Of a stretch of DNA of 64,000 nt, positions 12,811 through 28,564 are shown piece by piece. Made by a program: the position numbers and the translations under genes. The DNA comes from the human T2T-CHM13v2.0 reference genome, Homo sapiens, in NCBI RefSeq assembly GCF_009914755.1, contig NC_060944.1; one strand, 5' to 3'. Under the pieces are notes generated by a model. It was given only the letters and a program-made list of their open reading frames with translations. It was not told the DNA's origin and made no database searches. The stretch's first letter is position 1. Each line of letters begins with the position of its first letter.

Positions 12811-12909
12811 CCGTGCATGGAGGCACCGTGGCGTCTGGTATGAGGCCGTGCGCTGAGGCACCGTGGCATAGATGCTGTGCGCGGAGGCACCGTGGCATCT
12901 AGTATGAGA
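12811..12909. repeat. Three-copy 29-35 bp minisatellite, core GAGGCACCGTGGC
   Basis: Units start at 12811, 12846 and 12875. Confidence 0.85.
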
Positions 12910-13022
12910 CTTTTCATTTTTGTGGAGTTGATGCTAGTGAATCCCAGTGAAATGAATGAGATGAATTACTATTTAAAATCTGTCATCTAAAAATGGTACA
13001 GACCGTTCATTTAGCAAACTCA

Positions 13023-13241
<219 letters not shown>

Positions 13242-13379
13242 TCACAGAAGAAAACCTCAGTCCAAACTCCTTCTTGCAATATCTAAATAGTCTTTTCAGG
13301 AACACTGACAATTTGCTACACACACTAATTATATTATTGCCTTCTTGTCAAGTCGGCAAGGATTTTTCAATACCGACAT

Positions 13380-13545
13380 GAGCAAGGCTTCTCAAACTTT
13401 AATGTGGATAGGAGTCACCTAGGCATCTTCTCAAAATGCAGAATCTGAATCAGGGCTTGGGTAGGCCTGGAACTCTGCATTCCTAATAAGCTTCTAGGTG
13501 ATGCTGATGCCACTGGGCTGCAGGTCATAGTTTTGAGTAGTAAGA
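13380..13545. mobile_element. MER5-type hAT element
   Basis: ttctcaaacttt...gcagaatctgaatcag...ggtgatgctgatgc. Confidence 0.65.
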
Positions 13546-14264
13546 GTTTAGATCTTGGGAGAAAAAAGTGTAAAAGAAGGTAGGATTTGGGTTCACTTTC
13601 AGAATCCAACTTGGACCCAGATATTACTAAGCACACATACCCCACATACATACGCACAAGTAGAGTGTCCATCCATGTTGACAATAATGGTAAAAATTTC
13701 TAATATTTAGAACATAAAATCTAGGCGTGTACCTCCCTCACTATTAAGCAAACAACCACCAGGCTCATTATATGGTAATAATCATGCTGATCACATATGG
13801 CACAGCAGTTAGAGTTCGAGTCCTGGAAGCTCCTTGTCTGGCTTCAAACCTTGGCTTTGCCATCACCTAGCATGCAATCTTGGGAACGTTGGCTAACTTC
13901 TATGTGTCTCAGGTACCCCTCTCAGGGCTAATAAAAGGACCTACCTTATAGGTGTGTTGTGAGGATTAACTAAATGTGTAAGTGAACAATGCCTAGCATC
14001 AAATATTCCCCTTCGTCATGTGGCAGAAATAGATCTAGTCCACGGAGATACTGTGATATGCCAGGTTTTTATGTTAACTGTAATCTGTAGTAGACCCAGA
14101 AACAGTTACATTGAGGTAGGTTCTCTTATTATTATTATTAATTATTAGTCCATTTTAGAGACAAGGCAACTGAGGATGAAAAGGTGATTGCACATTTGGC
14201 CAAGCCACCACAACCAGTGACAGAGCTGAACTTGAACTCAGGAGTCCCTGACTCTATAAATTTT

Positions 14265-14559
14265 ACTTTTTTATTTTGAGATGGAGTCTCACTCTGCCTC
14301 CCAAGATGGAGTGCAGTGGCTCAGTCTTGGCTCACTGCAACCTCCGCCTCCCAGGTTCAAGCAATTCTCCTGCCTCAGCCTCCTGAGTAGCTGGGATTAC
14401 AGGTGCCCACCACCACGCCCAGCTAATTTTTGTATTTGTAGTAGAGACTGGGTTTCACCGTGTTGACCGGGCTGATCTCAAACTCCTGGCCTCAAGTGAT
14501 CTGCTCGCCTGGGCCACCCAAAGTGCTGGGATTACAGGGGTGAGCCACTGCACCTGGCC
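14265..14559 (-). mobile_element. Alu (S-type), TSD attttactttt
   Basis: Full dimer in reverse orientation. Confidence 0.9.
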
Positions 14560-14775
14560 AGATTTTACTTTTAACCACTCTTAATTCCCAAAGAAGACTA
14601 CAGAAAGCTTGTTACTTAGAATTTGTGTATGCTGGGGCAATCCCCAAAACACCTGTGTTTGCAAAACCTAAATGTGGTGATGAGGCTCAGGAGATCACTC
14701 CAGACCTCCTCTCTGAAGCTCCAGACACGGGGGTGCTGGGCTGGTTCTGGCTGGTTGTGAAGGGCGGCCCTTTAC

Positions 14776-14887
14776 CTGATTTGAAAATGGTGTCCCAGGC
14801 CAGAGTGTGGTCCTGCCAGACCTTGGTGTTGAGGCTCTTGTGCAGCTCGACTGGAGTGACCATCATCCTCCCAAACGTGCTCATCAT
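14776..14887 (-). CDS. CYP24A1: CYP24A1 exon 6 (112 nt; [17 protein letters not shown]...TIFKS)
   Basis: Acceptor TCTCAG|ATG, donor G|GTAAAG. Confidence 0.96.
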
Positions 14888-15427
14888 CTGAGAGAAATGC
14901 AAATGCCTTTTTATTCTGAATTCTCCTTCTCTCAAAGACAATGTTCGTTCTGGAAGAGGAACATTCTAAACCGCAGCACCCTGCACTTTTTAAAAGGCTG
15001 GAATTACAAGGACACCCCCGGCTCTCTCTGCACCGGTCCTGGGAGCAATGCCCGTACCCCACCTCCACCTCCTTTCAATATTGAAGGTAATGTGGGGGAT
15101 GATTTTCCACTGGATGTGTTTGATAAAAATTGTAATCTTATGACCTAATTGTAAAAAAAAAAAAAAAAAGAGGAAAAACGATAACTTTCATATTCACTTC
15201 AATTTCTAATAATTTCCAAACTTCAGTGATTTCCAAACCAATTTCACAGCGTTTATCCTATCTACACGCCACCCAAACTATTCAAAAAGATAAAATCTGA
15301 AAAATTTTGGGCTCTTTTTAAAAAGTATTTTTAATCAACTGATCTTTAATTAAAATAGCTATTTTAACCTTGCCTAAACAAAGAAATAATGGATTTAATG
15401 TGCTTCTTTATGTTACGTGCATATATC

Positions 15428-15894
15428 CAGGGGTCCCCAACCCCCAGGCCGTGAACCAGTACTGGTCAGTGGCCTGTTAGGAACGGGGCCGCGCAGCAGG
15501 AGGTGATCAGCGGGCCAGCAGGTGTTACCACCTGAGCTCTGCCTCCTCTCAGATCAATGGCTGCATTAGATTCTTACAGGAGTGTGAACCCTATTGTGAA
15601 TTGCCTATGCGAGGAATCTATGTTCCACACTCCTTATGAGAATCTAATGCCTGATGATCTGTCACTGTCTCCCATCACCCCCAGATGGGACTTTCGTGTT
15701 GCACGAAAACAAGCTCAGGGCTCCCACTGATTCTACATTATGGTGAGTATATAATAATAACAGAAATAAAGTGCACAGTAAACGTAATGCACTTAAATGA
15801 TCCTCCCTCCCCTGCCCCACCACCCTGCCCTGTCTGTGGAAAAATTGTCTTCCACGAAACTGGTCCCTGGTGCCAAAAAGGTTGGAGACAGCCG
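15428..15894 (+). mobile_element. MER1A-like hAT-Charlie element, intron 5
   Basis: Ends caggggtccccaacc / ggttggagacagccg; 8-bp TSD catatatc / catatatg. Confidence 0.8.
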
Positions 15895-15993
15895 CATATA
15901 TGCACATAAATATACTAAAATATATAATGCACATTAAAATGAACACTTAACTATTGAAATAAAATATGTGTGTATGCCATTTTTTGGGAATCA

Positions 15994-16164
<171 letters not shown>

Positions 16165-17073
16165 TTAAAATAATCATCACTTTACACAAACAGCAATGCT
16201 GGAGTTGGAGTCTATGTTTAGCTGGTTATTAAAGACTCAATTCTATGCCTCTTAAAAGTGTGGGATTTTCTGAGAAAAGGCAACAGTCCAAGAATATTGA
16301 GGAAAAGCAGAGTCTGAGAGAAAGGGGACACCATCACTTTCTTTTTCTAGAAATTATCTCCAGGTCCAATGACTCATCACCTCAGAGTGTCATGATCAGA
16401 GATCCACTGTCCTGATCAAGTCACACAGGAGATCCAGGGGCCCTAGCAAAGGTGCTGCAGGGTCAGGTCTGCACTATGCCTCTAACCCAGCTGTGTTTTT
16501 AGAGTCACTTATTGGATTCTATCTCCTGACATAATGAATTGGAAGCCATTCACCAGAGGAAGAGAAGGGAAGGGAATAATTATGTTCTAAACACCCATTA
16601 CACGCCAGGTACTGGGCTAGCACTTCATATAGGGTTTTTTTTTCTTCCATTTCATCATTTTATTTAGAAGGAACCTTTTTACAAATAAAATTCTCAACTC
16701 TTCATTTCAAAACTTTTTACCTAGAGAAAAGTTGAAGGAATGGTAAAATGAATACCTGAATCCCCCGAACTCATCAACATCTTGCTGCCATTTCTTTCTC
16801 TTTGTGTGTATGTATGCATACAAGTGTATACGTGGTTGTGTGTGCTGAAGCATCTGAAAATAATTTTGAGCTCTCAGGTCACTTCACCGTTAAATACTTT
16901 AGCAGTAATGTCCTAAGAACAAAGCATTCTCCAACATAACCACAATGTCATTAACATCCCTAAGAACCTTAGCGACCATTCCATAAAAAATCTACTGTGT
17001 CCCATTTTAAAATGTTCCCCATTGTCCTAAAAATTATCTCTTGTAACCTTTTTTTTTTAAAAAAAGGACACAG

Positions 17074-17370
17074 GGCCGAGCGTGGTGGTTCACACCTGTA
17101 ATCCCAACACTTCAGGAGGCTCGGGCAGGCAGACTGCTTGAGCCCAGGAGTTCGAGAATAGCCTGGGCAACATGGCAAAACGCTGTCTCTACAAAAAAAT
17201 AAAAATAAAAAAATTATTCAGGCATGGCTACATGTGCCTGTAGTTCCAGCTACTCTGGAGGCTGAGGTGGGAAGATCTCTTGGGCCCAGGAGGCCGAGGT
17301 TGCAGTGGGCCGAGATCATACCACTGGCCACTGCACCCTAGCCTGAGTGACACAGTCTGGAAAAAAAAAA
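17074..17370 (+). mobile_element. AluJ
   Basis: gcttgagcccaggagttcgag J-type diagnostic. Confidence 0.85.
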
Positions 17371-17682
17371 TTATACAGGATTACTGCAACCAACTTTTTA
17401 GTGGTGGATAATTGGCTCTTGACTTATAAAGTAGGAGACTAGCATTAAAAAGGTAAACAAATGGCCTAAAATCATAAACCTGAGGAGTGAGAGTCAATTA
17501 GCTTAGTCAGCACCCACCCACAGCTTTTCCAACTACCTCCATGTTTTCCAAACTCTACTTATTTCTTCCCAGCCTTTCAAGGTTTCCCCGTATTTGTGTT
17601 CCACAGTGGTTGGCAGGTACACCACTGGGAATATGTGAGATAGCTCTGGATGGTACATGAACTTTAAAAATAATTAGTTACT

Positions 17683-18114
<432 letters not shown>

Positions 18115-18989
18115 TTACTTATATTTATCTATTTATGGCAATATTTCTGACCTTGAATTTATGGAAGTGTTATAGGTTTTCCTTCTATCCCTCCCATCAG
18201 CAGCCACAGTGATCCTCCCAGTAAATCTGCCCATATATCACACTGCTGCTGAATACATTCCCGCAGCTCCCGGTTACTTACAGGCTAAAATTCAAACTCC
18301 CGCTCATACAGCCCTCCATGAGCTGGCTGCTGGCCCTCTGCCAGCCTCTGTTACAGGATATGCTTGTCATTCCGCACTTCTTCTGCAGGGACACTCCCCT
18401 TCCTCCCTTTTCACCTGGTGAACTCCTACTCAACCATCAGGACTTAGCTGAGGGGCACCATCTCTGTGAAGCGACCCCTGGCCATGTCCGGCTTAGGTGG
18501 CCCTCTCAGATTCTCCCACAGCCCTGAATGTCCTCAGCCAGGCGCTGTCCCACCTGATCACAGCTGCCTGCTCTCCTCTTGCACCCCCATGGGCAGTGAG
18601 CTCTGCCCTTTATTTCCAGAGTAATCTTTGAAGAAAGCGGTCATGTCCTCCCTCCCTTACTTGCCCCATCTGAGTCAGATGAGAGGTAAAGTCTTGCCAG
18701 GACCTATGAGCTGTGCCCTGTTGGACACCTGCCTTCTTTTTGACCTCATCTCCTTTCACAGGCTCCCCTTCCTCCCAGCTTGTTCATCGTGATCCACTCA
18801 CACCAGCAGCTTGAAGTTCCTCAAACTCGGCGCTCATGCTTCCACCTCCTGGCATTTGCACTTTCTTCTCTGCTGCCTGGAACAATCCTCCACAGGTACC
18901 CTCATGATTTGCTCCTTCCCTTCCTTTAGGACTTACCTCAAATGTCTTCTTACTAAAAAAGACTTGCCCCTCTTTCATTCTTTCATGTT

Positions 18990-19245
18990 ATTTCTTTCTC
19001 TCTCTCTCTTTTCTTCTTTCTTTCTTTTCTTTTTTCTTTCCTTTCTCTTTTTCTTTTCCTTCCCTCCTTCCTTCCTTCCTTCCCTCCCTCCCTCCTTCCT
19101 TCCTTCCCTCCCTCCCTTCTGCCTTCCCTCCCTCCCTTCTTCCTTCCTTCCTTCCCTCCCTCCCTCCCTCCCTCCTTCCTTCCTTCCCTCCCTCCCTCCC
19201 TTCTTCCTTCCTTCCTTCCTTCCTTTCTCTGTCTCTCTCTCTTTC
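18990..19245. repeat. Polypyrimidine (CCTT/CCCT)n simple repeat at an Alu tail
   Basis: Seen directly. Confidence 0.9.
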
Positions 19246-19533
19246 TTGAGACGGGGTCTCACACTGTCACCCAGACTGCAATGCAGTGGTACAATCACGG
19301 CTCACTTTAGCTTCAGCGTCCCGGGGTCAAGCAATCCTCCCACCTCAGCCTCCCAAGTAGATGGGACTACAGGCATGTGCCACCAACCCTGACTAATTTT
19401 TGTATTTTTTGTAGAGACAAGGTTTTGCTGTGTTGCCCAAGCTGTTCTCAGATTCCTGGGCTGGCCTCAAGCGATCTGCCCACCTCAGCCTCCCAAAGTC
19501 CTGGGATTATAGGCATGTGCCACCATGCCTGCC
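19246..19533 (-). mobile_element. AluJ
   Basis: Reverse Alu with caagcaatcctcccacctcagcc. Confidence 0.85.
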
Positions 19534-19723
19534 TTTCATGTTCTTTCTTAACTCCCTTTCTCTTTTCCTTTACTCCTTGGAAGAGTATATTTTAAAATGT
19601 GTTTACTTGTTGACTGTCACCTTGTCTAGCATATAAGCTCCCCAAGGGTACGGGGGTTATGCGTTTCATTCATTGTCATATCCCTAGTACCTAGCACAGT
19701 GCCAGACACACAGCAAGTATTCA

Positions 19724-20122
<399 letters not shown>

Positions 20123-21868
20123 TCACTGGCCATAATGTTATTCATCCTGAAGTCACACTAATTATATATTCTCCCTGGGAACCCACCTTATCCCCTAACG
20201 ACCTCGTCCTGGGTTATTTCCTGAGCTTTTCCTGAAGCCACCCTGAAGCTTAAGTTTCAGCTTTTGATCTAAAAATAATTCTGGCAATTTAAGAAAAGGA
20301 AAACATTTTTTTTTTTTCTAATCAGAATGGGGGAATAAAACCACAAAGGAATCAGCTAACTGTCCCTGTTGGCCCAGCATCTCAAGGATTGTGTTGCAGC
20401 AGCTATCCTGAGGTGTGCCCTTCCACATCTGGGCAAGCAAACGTCTCTTTATTGGTTGGTGGTTATGTTAAGCATGTTGAACTTGGAACCAGAAGATCTA
20501 CCAATTCTGGACACAGCTCCTTCCCTAAGTAGTCTATGACCTTGGGATAGTCACATAAGACCTTTGGATGCCAGTTTCATAAACCAGAGTTTTCAATAAC
20601 TAATGCCTCACATTTAATGAGGTCCATATGGTACCAAACACTGTACGAAGTGTATTGGTTGATCCTCTGACAACCAAGTAGTAGTAGGTACTGTCTCTAC
20701 TCATTTCCCATGTAGTAGATGAGAAAGCTGAGGCTTAAAGAGGCCAAGTCACTCACTTATGCACACAGAGCTGATAAGTTGCCATCCTGGACCCTGCCGT
20801 GAGCTGGTGTGGCCATACAGCCCACATGTGTGGATTTAGTTTGCAAGTTTAATTTGCCCGCATAGCGCATTTAAAAGTTCTTTGAATTTGTTACCATTAA
20901 AAAAAACAAGAGGTTTCATATGAACATATGGATTTACCACTACTAGTTTAAAAATGTAAATAATAATTATGAGACTTGGTGACATGAGGTCTGCATTCTG
21001 ACATGGCATTCGTTTGCTGGAACTGGGGCTGCTGTCCCTCCTGGGAGGGGCATGCACTATCACGTTTCCTGAAATTTTTACTGGGTCTGCCTTATTATTT
21101 TATATTAGTCATGTGAGCCCTGGAAGCTTCTGAGTTTGCAATCCTTCACCTATATGATCCCATCTGGGGACGCATCCAGTTCAAAATAAACATCCAAAGT
21201 GAACAGAAGTAAAAAGAGATTACTTTATGCTTAAAACTCCCTTTGACTCCGTGCTGGCTAAGGGATAATGTCCAAATACCTTAGTATAATACAAAAATAT
21301 TGTTAAGACCTATCCAGTATCATTTCAGAGAAAGCCTCACATCAGCTACACTAAATGACCGATTCTCTGAACACACCACGTCATTTCATGCCTCCCTGTT
21401 TTCAGAAGGCTACTCTGTCTGCCTTAATGCCTTCCCCCACTTTCTCTGCTTTCAGACTCCTCCTGCAAAACCCAGCTCAAATATCACTACTTAAGAACTT
21501 TACAATGTTATCTCATTTAATTCTCACAGCAAACCCGTGGGGTGGGAACTGTTACTCCCATTTTGTAGATGGGGAAACTGAGGCTTAGGGAAGGTAAGTG
21601 GTATATAGCCAGGTCTCATAGCCAGGGAGTGGAAAGCTGGGGTTCAAATCCAGGGCTGTAGAATACCAAAGTCCACACTCTCCATTGCTCCCTCATTGTG
21701 ATATGACTTTAAAAGAGGGTGGAGGAGGGAGAAATAAGGGTTTGGTGGGGAGGAGGCTGTAGGAAGGAATGGAGAGAAAGAGAAGACCCCCACTTTGAAT
21801 CACCCGAGTTGCATTCTTTTTTCCTTTGTTCTTTGTAGCTGTGACTTGAAGCTCCACCAATATCCCTA

Positions 21869-22027
<159 letters not shown>

Positions 22028-23241
22028 TTAGAGCACACTGAAAAGAAAAGAAGGAGATGCAGAAATACTCCAGCTGCAACTTCAGGAACCATAAAATCAA
22101 ACAAACACCGAGAATCATGCCAAGAAATAGCCAGAGAATATTAGCATCAGAATATTTGGGATAAAATAGTGATCATCTTTTGACAATAGTTTGACAATAG
22201 GATGAAAAAGCACCTTTCCTCCTAGTCAAAGATTGCACCAAAAAGTTGAAGTCCAGATAATTTGGGTTCAGGGATTTTGAGGTGTCCTTGCAGGGAGTGG
22301 GGCTGGGAGGCCTGGGGACAATTCCTAGCGGTAAAAGGGGGCATGTGAACACCCCATCACCAGCAACTCAGATCTGTTTGAGGGAAGAATCTTGTCTTCT
22401 TTCAACTCATTGGTGTGGGCTTCATATTTACAAAATATCTCAGATTTAGAATTTTGCCATCGCCTCCAAATAATAACATACAGTCAGAGAGTCACTGGAG
22501 TAATAAAAAGCCTTTTGCGATCGTGCACTTGTAGGCACCTGCCCCATAGCAGACCATACAGCCTGTGAAGCACCGTGAATTAATAGGGTTTTTAATTCCA
22601 GTCATTATATCCTGGAAAATATAACGATTAGGCATTACAGTTTGGGGGTAAATAAAGGTGCTAACTTGTTAAATGCTAACAACTAAAAAGCAGAAGAATC
22701 ACATCCCATAGTAGCATTTATCGACCTAAAACACAACTTTGATATCCCTCCTTATTCCACCTTTACAAGTAGAAATAAGGCATGTCCCCCAATCCTCTGC
22801 AGAAAATGTCACTGTAAAAAGCCAAAGAGGCTAACTCCTCGCTTTTGAGCTTACAAGGTGTTTCAGGGAGTTTTAAGGGATAATTTTGTTTGTATAAGAT
22901 GTTTGCCTGGTACGCTGACTTCAGAACCTCATCCTGCCCAAGAGTCTGAACACCACAGTTGGTACAACCCTGTTTTGGCGTTTCTTTGATGGGAGGGTGT
23001 GGCCCTGCCCTGTTGCCAGAGAGAACGCAGGTGCTGGGTGCACAGCACGGCTTTTCCGTGGACCGACTCTAATCTGTACAAGAGCTCAGGGTTGCGATGG
23101 CACGGGAGAGGGGCTTTGGTATCCGCCCTACGTAAGAAGCTTCCAACCCCAGGGAACTCTAACTCCGCCTCTTCACAATTTCCAGGCGCCGTCAGGCTCA
23201 TCAGGTCTGGCCGCATGCCCAGGTCCCTCGGATTGGACTCA

Positions 23242-23460
<219 letters not shown>

Positions 23461-23634
23461 TCAGCGCGCATCCTCCGCCGTGCCCGAAGCGCTTTCCCTC
23501 CTCCCGCCTCCTTCCTCCTAGGGGACCGGGGACCCTCGCTGCCCAGACGCCGAAGCGCACCATGCGCCCGAGGCGCGCATGTCGGGGAGGGTTTGGAGCG
23601 CCACTGGGAGGGCGGAAGAGGGAGGAGAGAGTCA

Positions 23635-24317
<683 letters not shown>

Positions 24318-24343
24318 CATGTTCCTATGCCCAGGGACCATGC

Positions 24344-24398
24344 ATTTATGGAGACAGAGCATGCCCTGGGTGGCCAATGAGCACGCAGAGGAGGGCGG
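24344..24398 (-). promoter_or_regulatory. CYP24A1 core promoter: TATA-like CATAAAT (24350-24344), CCAAT box (24374-24378), GC box GGGCGG (24393-24398)
   Basis: Motifs seen directly at canonical spacing. Confidence 0.75.
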
Positions 24399-24465
24399 AG
24401 TGGCCCCCGGCTGGCCAGACTCCGAGGGACGCGGGACCCAGGGGAGGGGGGGTGGAAGGAGGATG

Positions 24466-24489
24466 GAGTCAGCGAGGTGAGCGAGGGCG
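24466..24489 (+). promoter_or_regulatory. Proximal VDRE (DR3) AGGTGA-gcg-AGGGCG with extra half-site GAGTCA-gcg
   Basis: Three hexamers each spaced by 3 nt; matches the human CYP24A1 VDRE1 as I recall it. Confidence 0.9.
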
Positions 24490-24595
24490 TCCGGGCCTGG
24501 GGTGACCGGGGCTATGTTCGCTGGGCGCGGGAGGTGGGGTGGGGGCGGCAGACTCCACCCCGGAGATAACCCCCAGGAAGGCATGCGAAGCCCGG

Positions 24596-24610
24596 AGTTC
24601 ACCGGGTGTG
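24596..24610 (+). promoter_or_regulatory. Distal VDRE (DR3) AGTTCA-ccg-GGTGTG
   Basis: DR3 about 290 bp upstream of the TSS; matches the human CYP24A1 VDRE2 as I recall it. Confidence 0.88.
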
Positions 24611-26282
24611 CTTCGAACGCGCCTCCCCGCCCTCCCCCGGCGGGCAGGAGCCGGCAGCGGCGGCCGTGGTTGCCGCCCGGCGCTTGCACAATCGCGATGC
24701 CGGGCGGGCGAGGTCCCCGAGTGCGGGCCCAGAAAAGCTGCCGGCGTCTGCCAGGGCCCCGGGGAGCCCGCGCGCCTCCCGGGGAGCCAGATACCCCCAG
24801 CCTGGACTGAAGTGATTTTTTTTTTTTTTTTTGCCTTTTTTTTTTTGGAGGAAGTTTGGCTTTCTGCGCCTCCCAGGGTGGGGAGGATTTGAGTCTTACT
24901 GAAATGCACCAGAAGAGGAGACTTTCTTAACTTGAGCAAGAAGGGGAGTTTGTAGAATTTCCTTCCTGCTGTTTCATGTTTGGTTGTTTTGCAGATTAAA
25001 TGAATTAATGCACGTAAAGCGGCAACAACGAAGCCTTGTCTATAGTCAACAGTCAATAAAAGTTAGTTGCTGTTGTTACTTCTTTAGGAAGTTAGGAAAT
25101 GCGCCTTGAGAGCGTGGCTTGCACCAACGATGCTTGAATTCAGGCTGGGCCACCTCCCCTATGTCCACTGCCCGCCTCTGTTCTTCTACACCGACTACCT
25201 TGTGCAAAGGAGGGGCACACAGAGCTTGAAACCACCGCCCCCAGTACTCCCCCTCTCCCCCAAGGTGCGTCCTAGGCAGGTCCAGTGACAAACATACACA
25301 ATTTCTAGAGTTATCGCGGCTGGCAAGAGTAGAACTCGCTTTGCTAATTCAGGAACGGAAGTTGGAGATTTTTGTTGATTGTTTTAAAGTGGCTCGAATC
25401 CTTTCAACCTGATCCAATACAAAACTACCACCAGCCAGGGAGGAGGGGAGGGACATTCTGTTTCCTCGCCCTGCTTTTCAATTACGTGTCTCAGTCATTT
25501 TTGCCCCAAGTGTTGGCAAATCCTTCCCTGGTAAATTCTTTTGTAAGCCTCTAGTTTGTTTCTCAAAAATCTTTTGCAGTCCAACTTAAGCTTTAACACC
25601 ATCATTTCTGATTTGTCTGGAGGGGCTAATGACTGTTTATGTTAATAAAAATAATAGCTATTGATATATACTAAACTTTATGAATCTTGTACATATTTAT
25701 ATATACATTGTATGGTATATATGTTACAGCATACACTATAGATTATGTTATATGCAATACACACTAAATATACATAATATAGTATAGATTGCATACAGTA
25801 TGTAGATTCCATATGTTATATAATATTCTCATGAAAGCTTTCTAGGGCTTATGATAAGTCAGGCACTGAGCTAGACATTTTACATCATTTTTTCCGTTTA
25901 GTTCTCATCTCAGCCCAATGTCAATAAAATGAAATAAAATAAAAAACAAAAAAAAATCAAAGACAAACAAAAAAACCCTTGACTCTTACAGAGCTAAATA
26001 ATTTGCCCAATGTCACAGACGTTACCATTGGCTCAGGTGGGATTCAGACCCAATATTTTCTGATTCTAGGCTGGGCCCTAAATAGTACACCCATATACAT
26101 CATGCTATGTTATGTCACTTTTTCTTAAACCAGAGTGTCTCAGAATATTGGAAGTATTTCTTAAATGAGAATTATCACCAAGAGGAAAGTGGGGGGGATC
26201 AGAATGCCTACCATGTCAGTATGTGTGGGGCAGTGTGAGGCAAACGTTTTATGTGCTGACGGTGGTGAAAAAGAATAGCTCT

Positions 26283-26769
<487 letters not shown>

Positions 26770-27429
26770 CTAAGAGTTTCATGCTATATAGCTTTATATA
26801 CTCTAAATAGATATTTAAATATATGGGCAATCATTAGTTACATGATAGCTAAAAAGAAAATTCCTGTTTCAGGGATATTGGTTTCTCATGTTCAGTGGAG
26901 AAAATCCCCAGTAATTTTTAGACCGGATTGCAGAGGAAAGCAAGACTAGTTCTTTGAAACTTCATTGACCCCAATACATACCTGTCCTTGAGAAGTATGA
27001 TTAAATTCAAAATGACTATTTTTGATCCCGCTTCCAGGAATTCACTATTCCTCATCTGTCCTCATCCTTCACTCACTACTTAGCCTCTATGAGTCATCCG
27101 GATAGGGATCTTGTCAGGAATTACTAATGAGAGATCTTGAAATGCCTCATAAATGCCTGCCATCATTACTGAGACAGGCTCAGGCCCTCTGTTTTGCTCT
27201 GGGAAATCTTACCAAGTCCTGGAATGGATAATTAGACTTCAGCCCTCATACCAAGGGACCACCCATGACAACATGTGTGTGTGAGTTCACACACCTGTGT
27301 ACACATGTATAATGAGGGTGGGGTGGAGGAGCCTGTAGGAGTTCAAGGGCTGGTTTCTCTGCACTGGAAAATACAAAACACTTTCAAGTATATGCAATAG
27401 TAATATAGTTTTGTGCTTAAAACTGCTTA

Positions 27430-27757
<328 letters not shown>

Positions 27758-28188
27758 CTAGATCCACTTTCCGATTGCGGAAACCTGGAGGACTTACTTG
27801 CCGCATTTGTTAAATGGACAGTGTTGGTTCCAACCTCACGGTAAAGTTCAAGCTTCATGGAAACAGGAGTAGTAACAATAGCCAATTTCACGGGGCTCCT
27901 GTGAGAACACTGCAAATAAAATTCCTACCACAGTAAAGTGCCCAGCAAATATGACCTTGTAGCATTACTGTATTGCATGCCTTGGTTTTTTCAAAGTCCA
28001 TAGAAGGGAGGCAATTTAGATGTCTCTGACTCAAGAAACTGTATACTTGAATAAAGCCAAAGGAAGATTAGCAATGAAATGCTGGTGAATTCAAATCCCA
28101 GCTCAGCCACTGAGCAGCTAGAAAAACCAGGGACAATTTACTTGTCTCTCTCTCAGCCTTAGTTTCCTCTTCTCAAAAGTGGCGATCA

Positions 28189-28564
<376 letters not shown>

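Noticed and set aside
12811-12909. Repeat-spacer-like pattern
   Set aside because: Human intronic minisatellite; the spacers are related to each other and there are no cas genes, so it is not CRISPR.
18811-19392. 193-aa ORF and its antisense 107-aa ORF
   Set aside because: Translation of the (CCTT)n repeat and Alu sequence.
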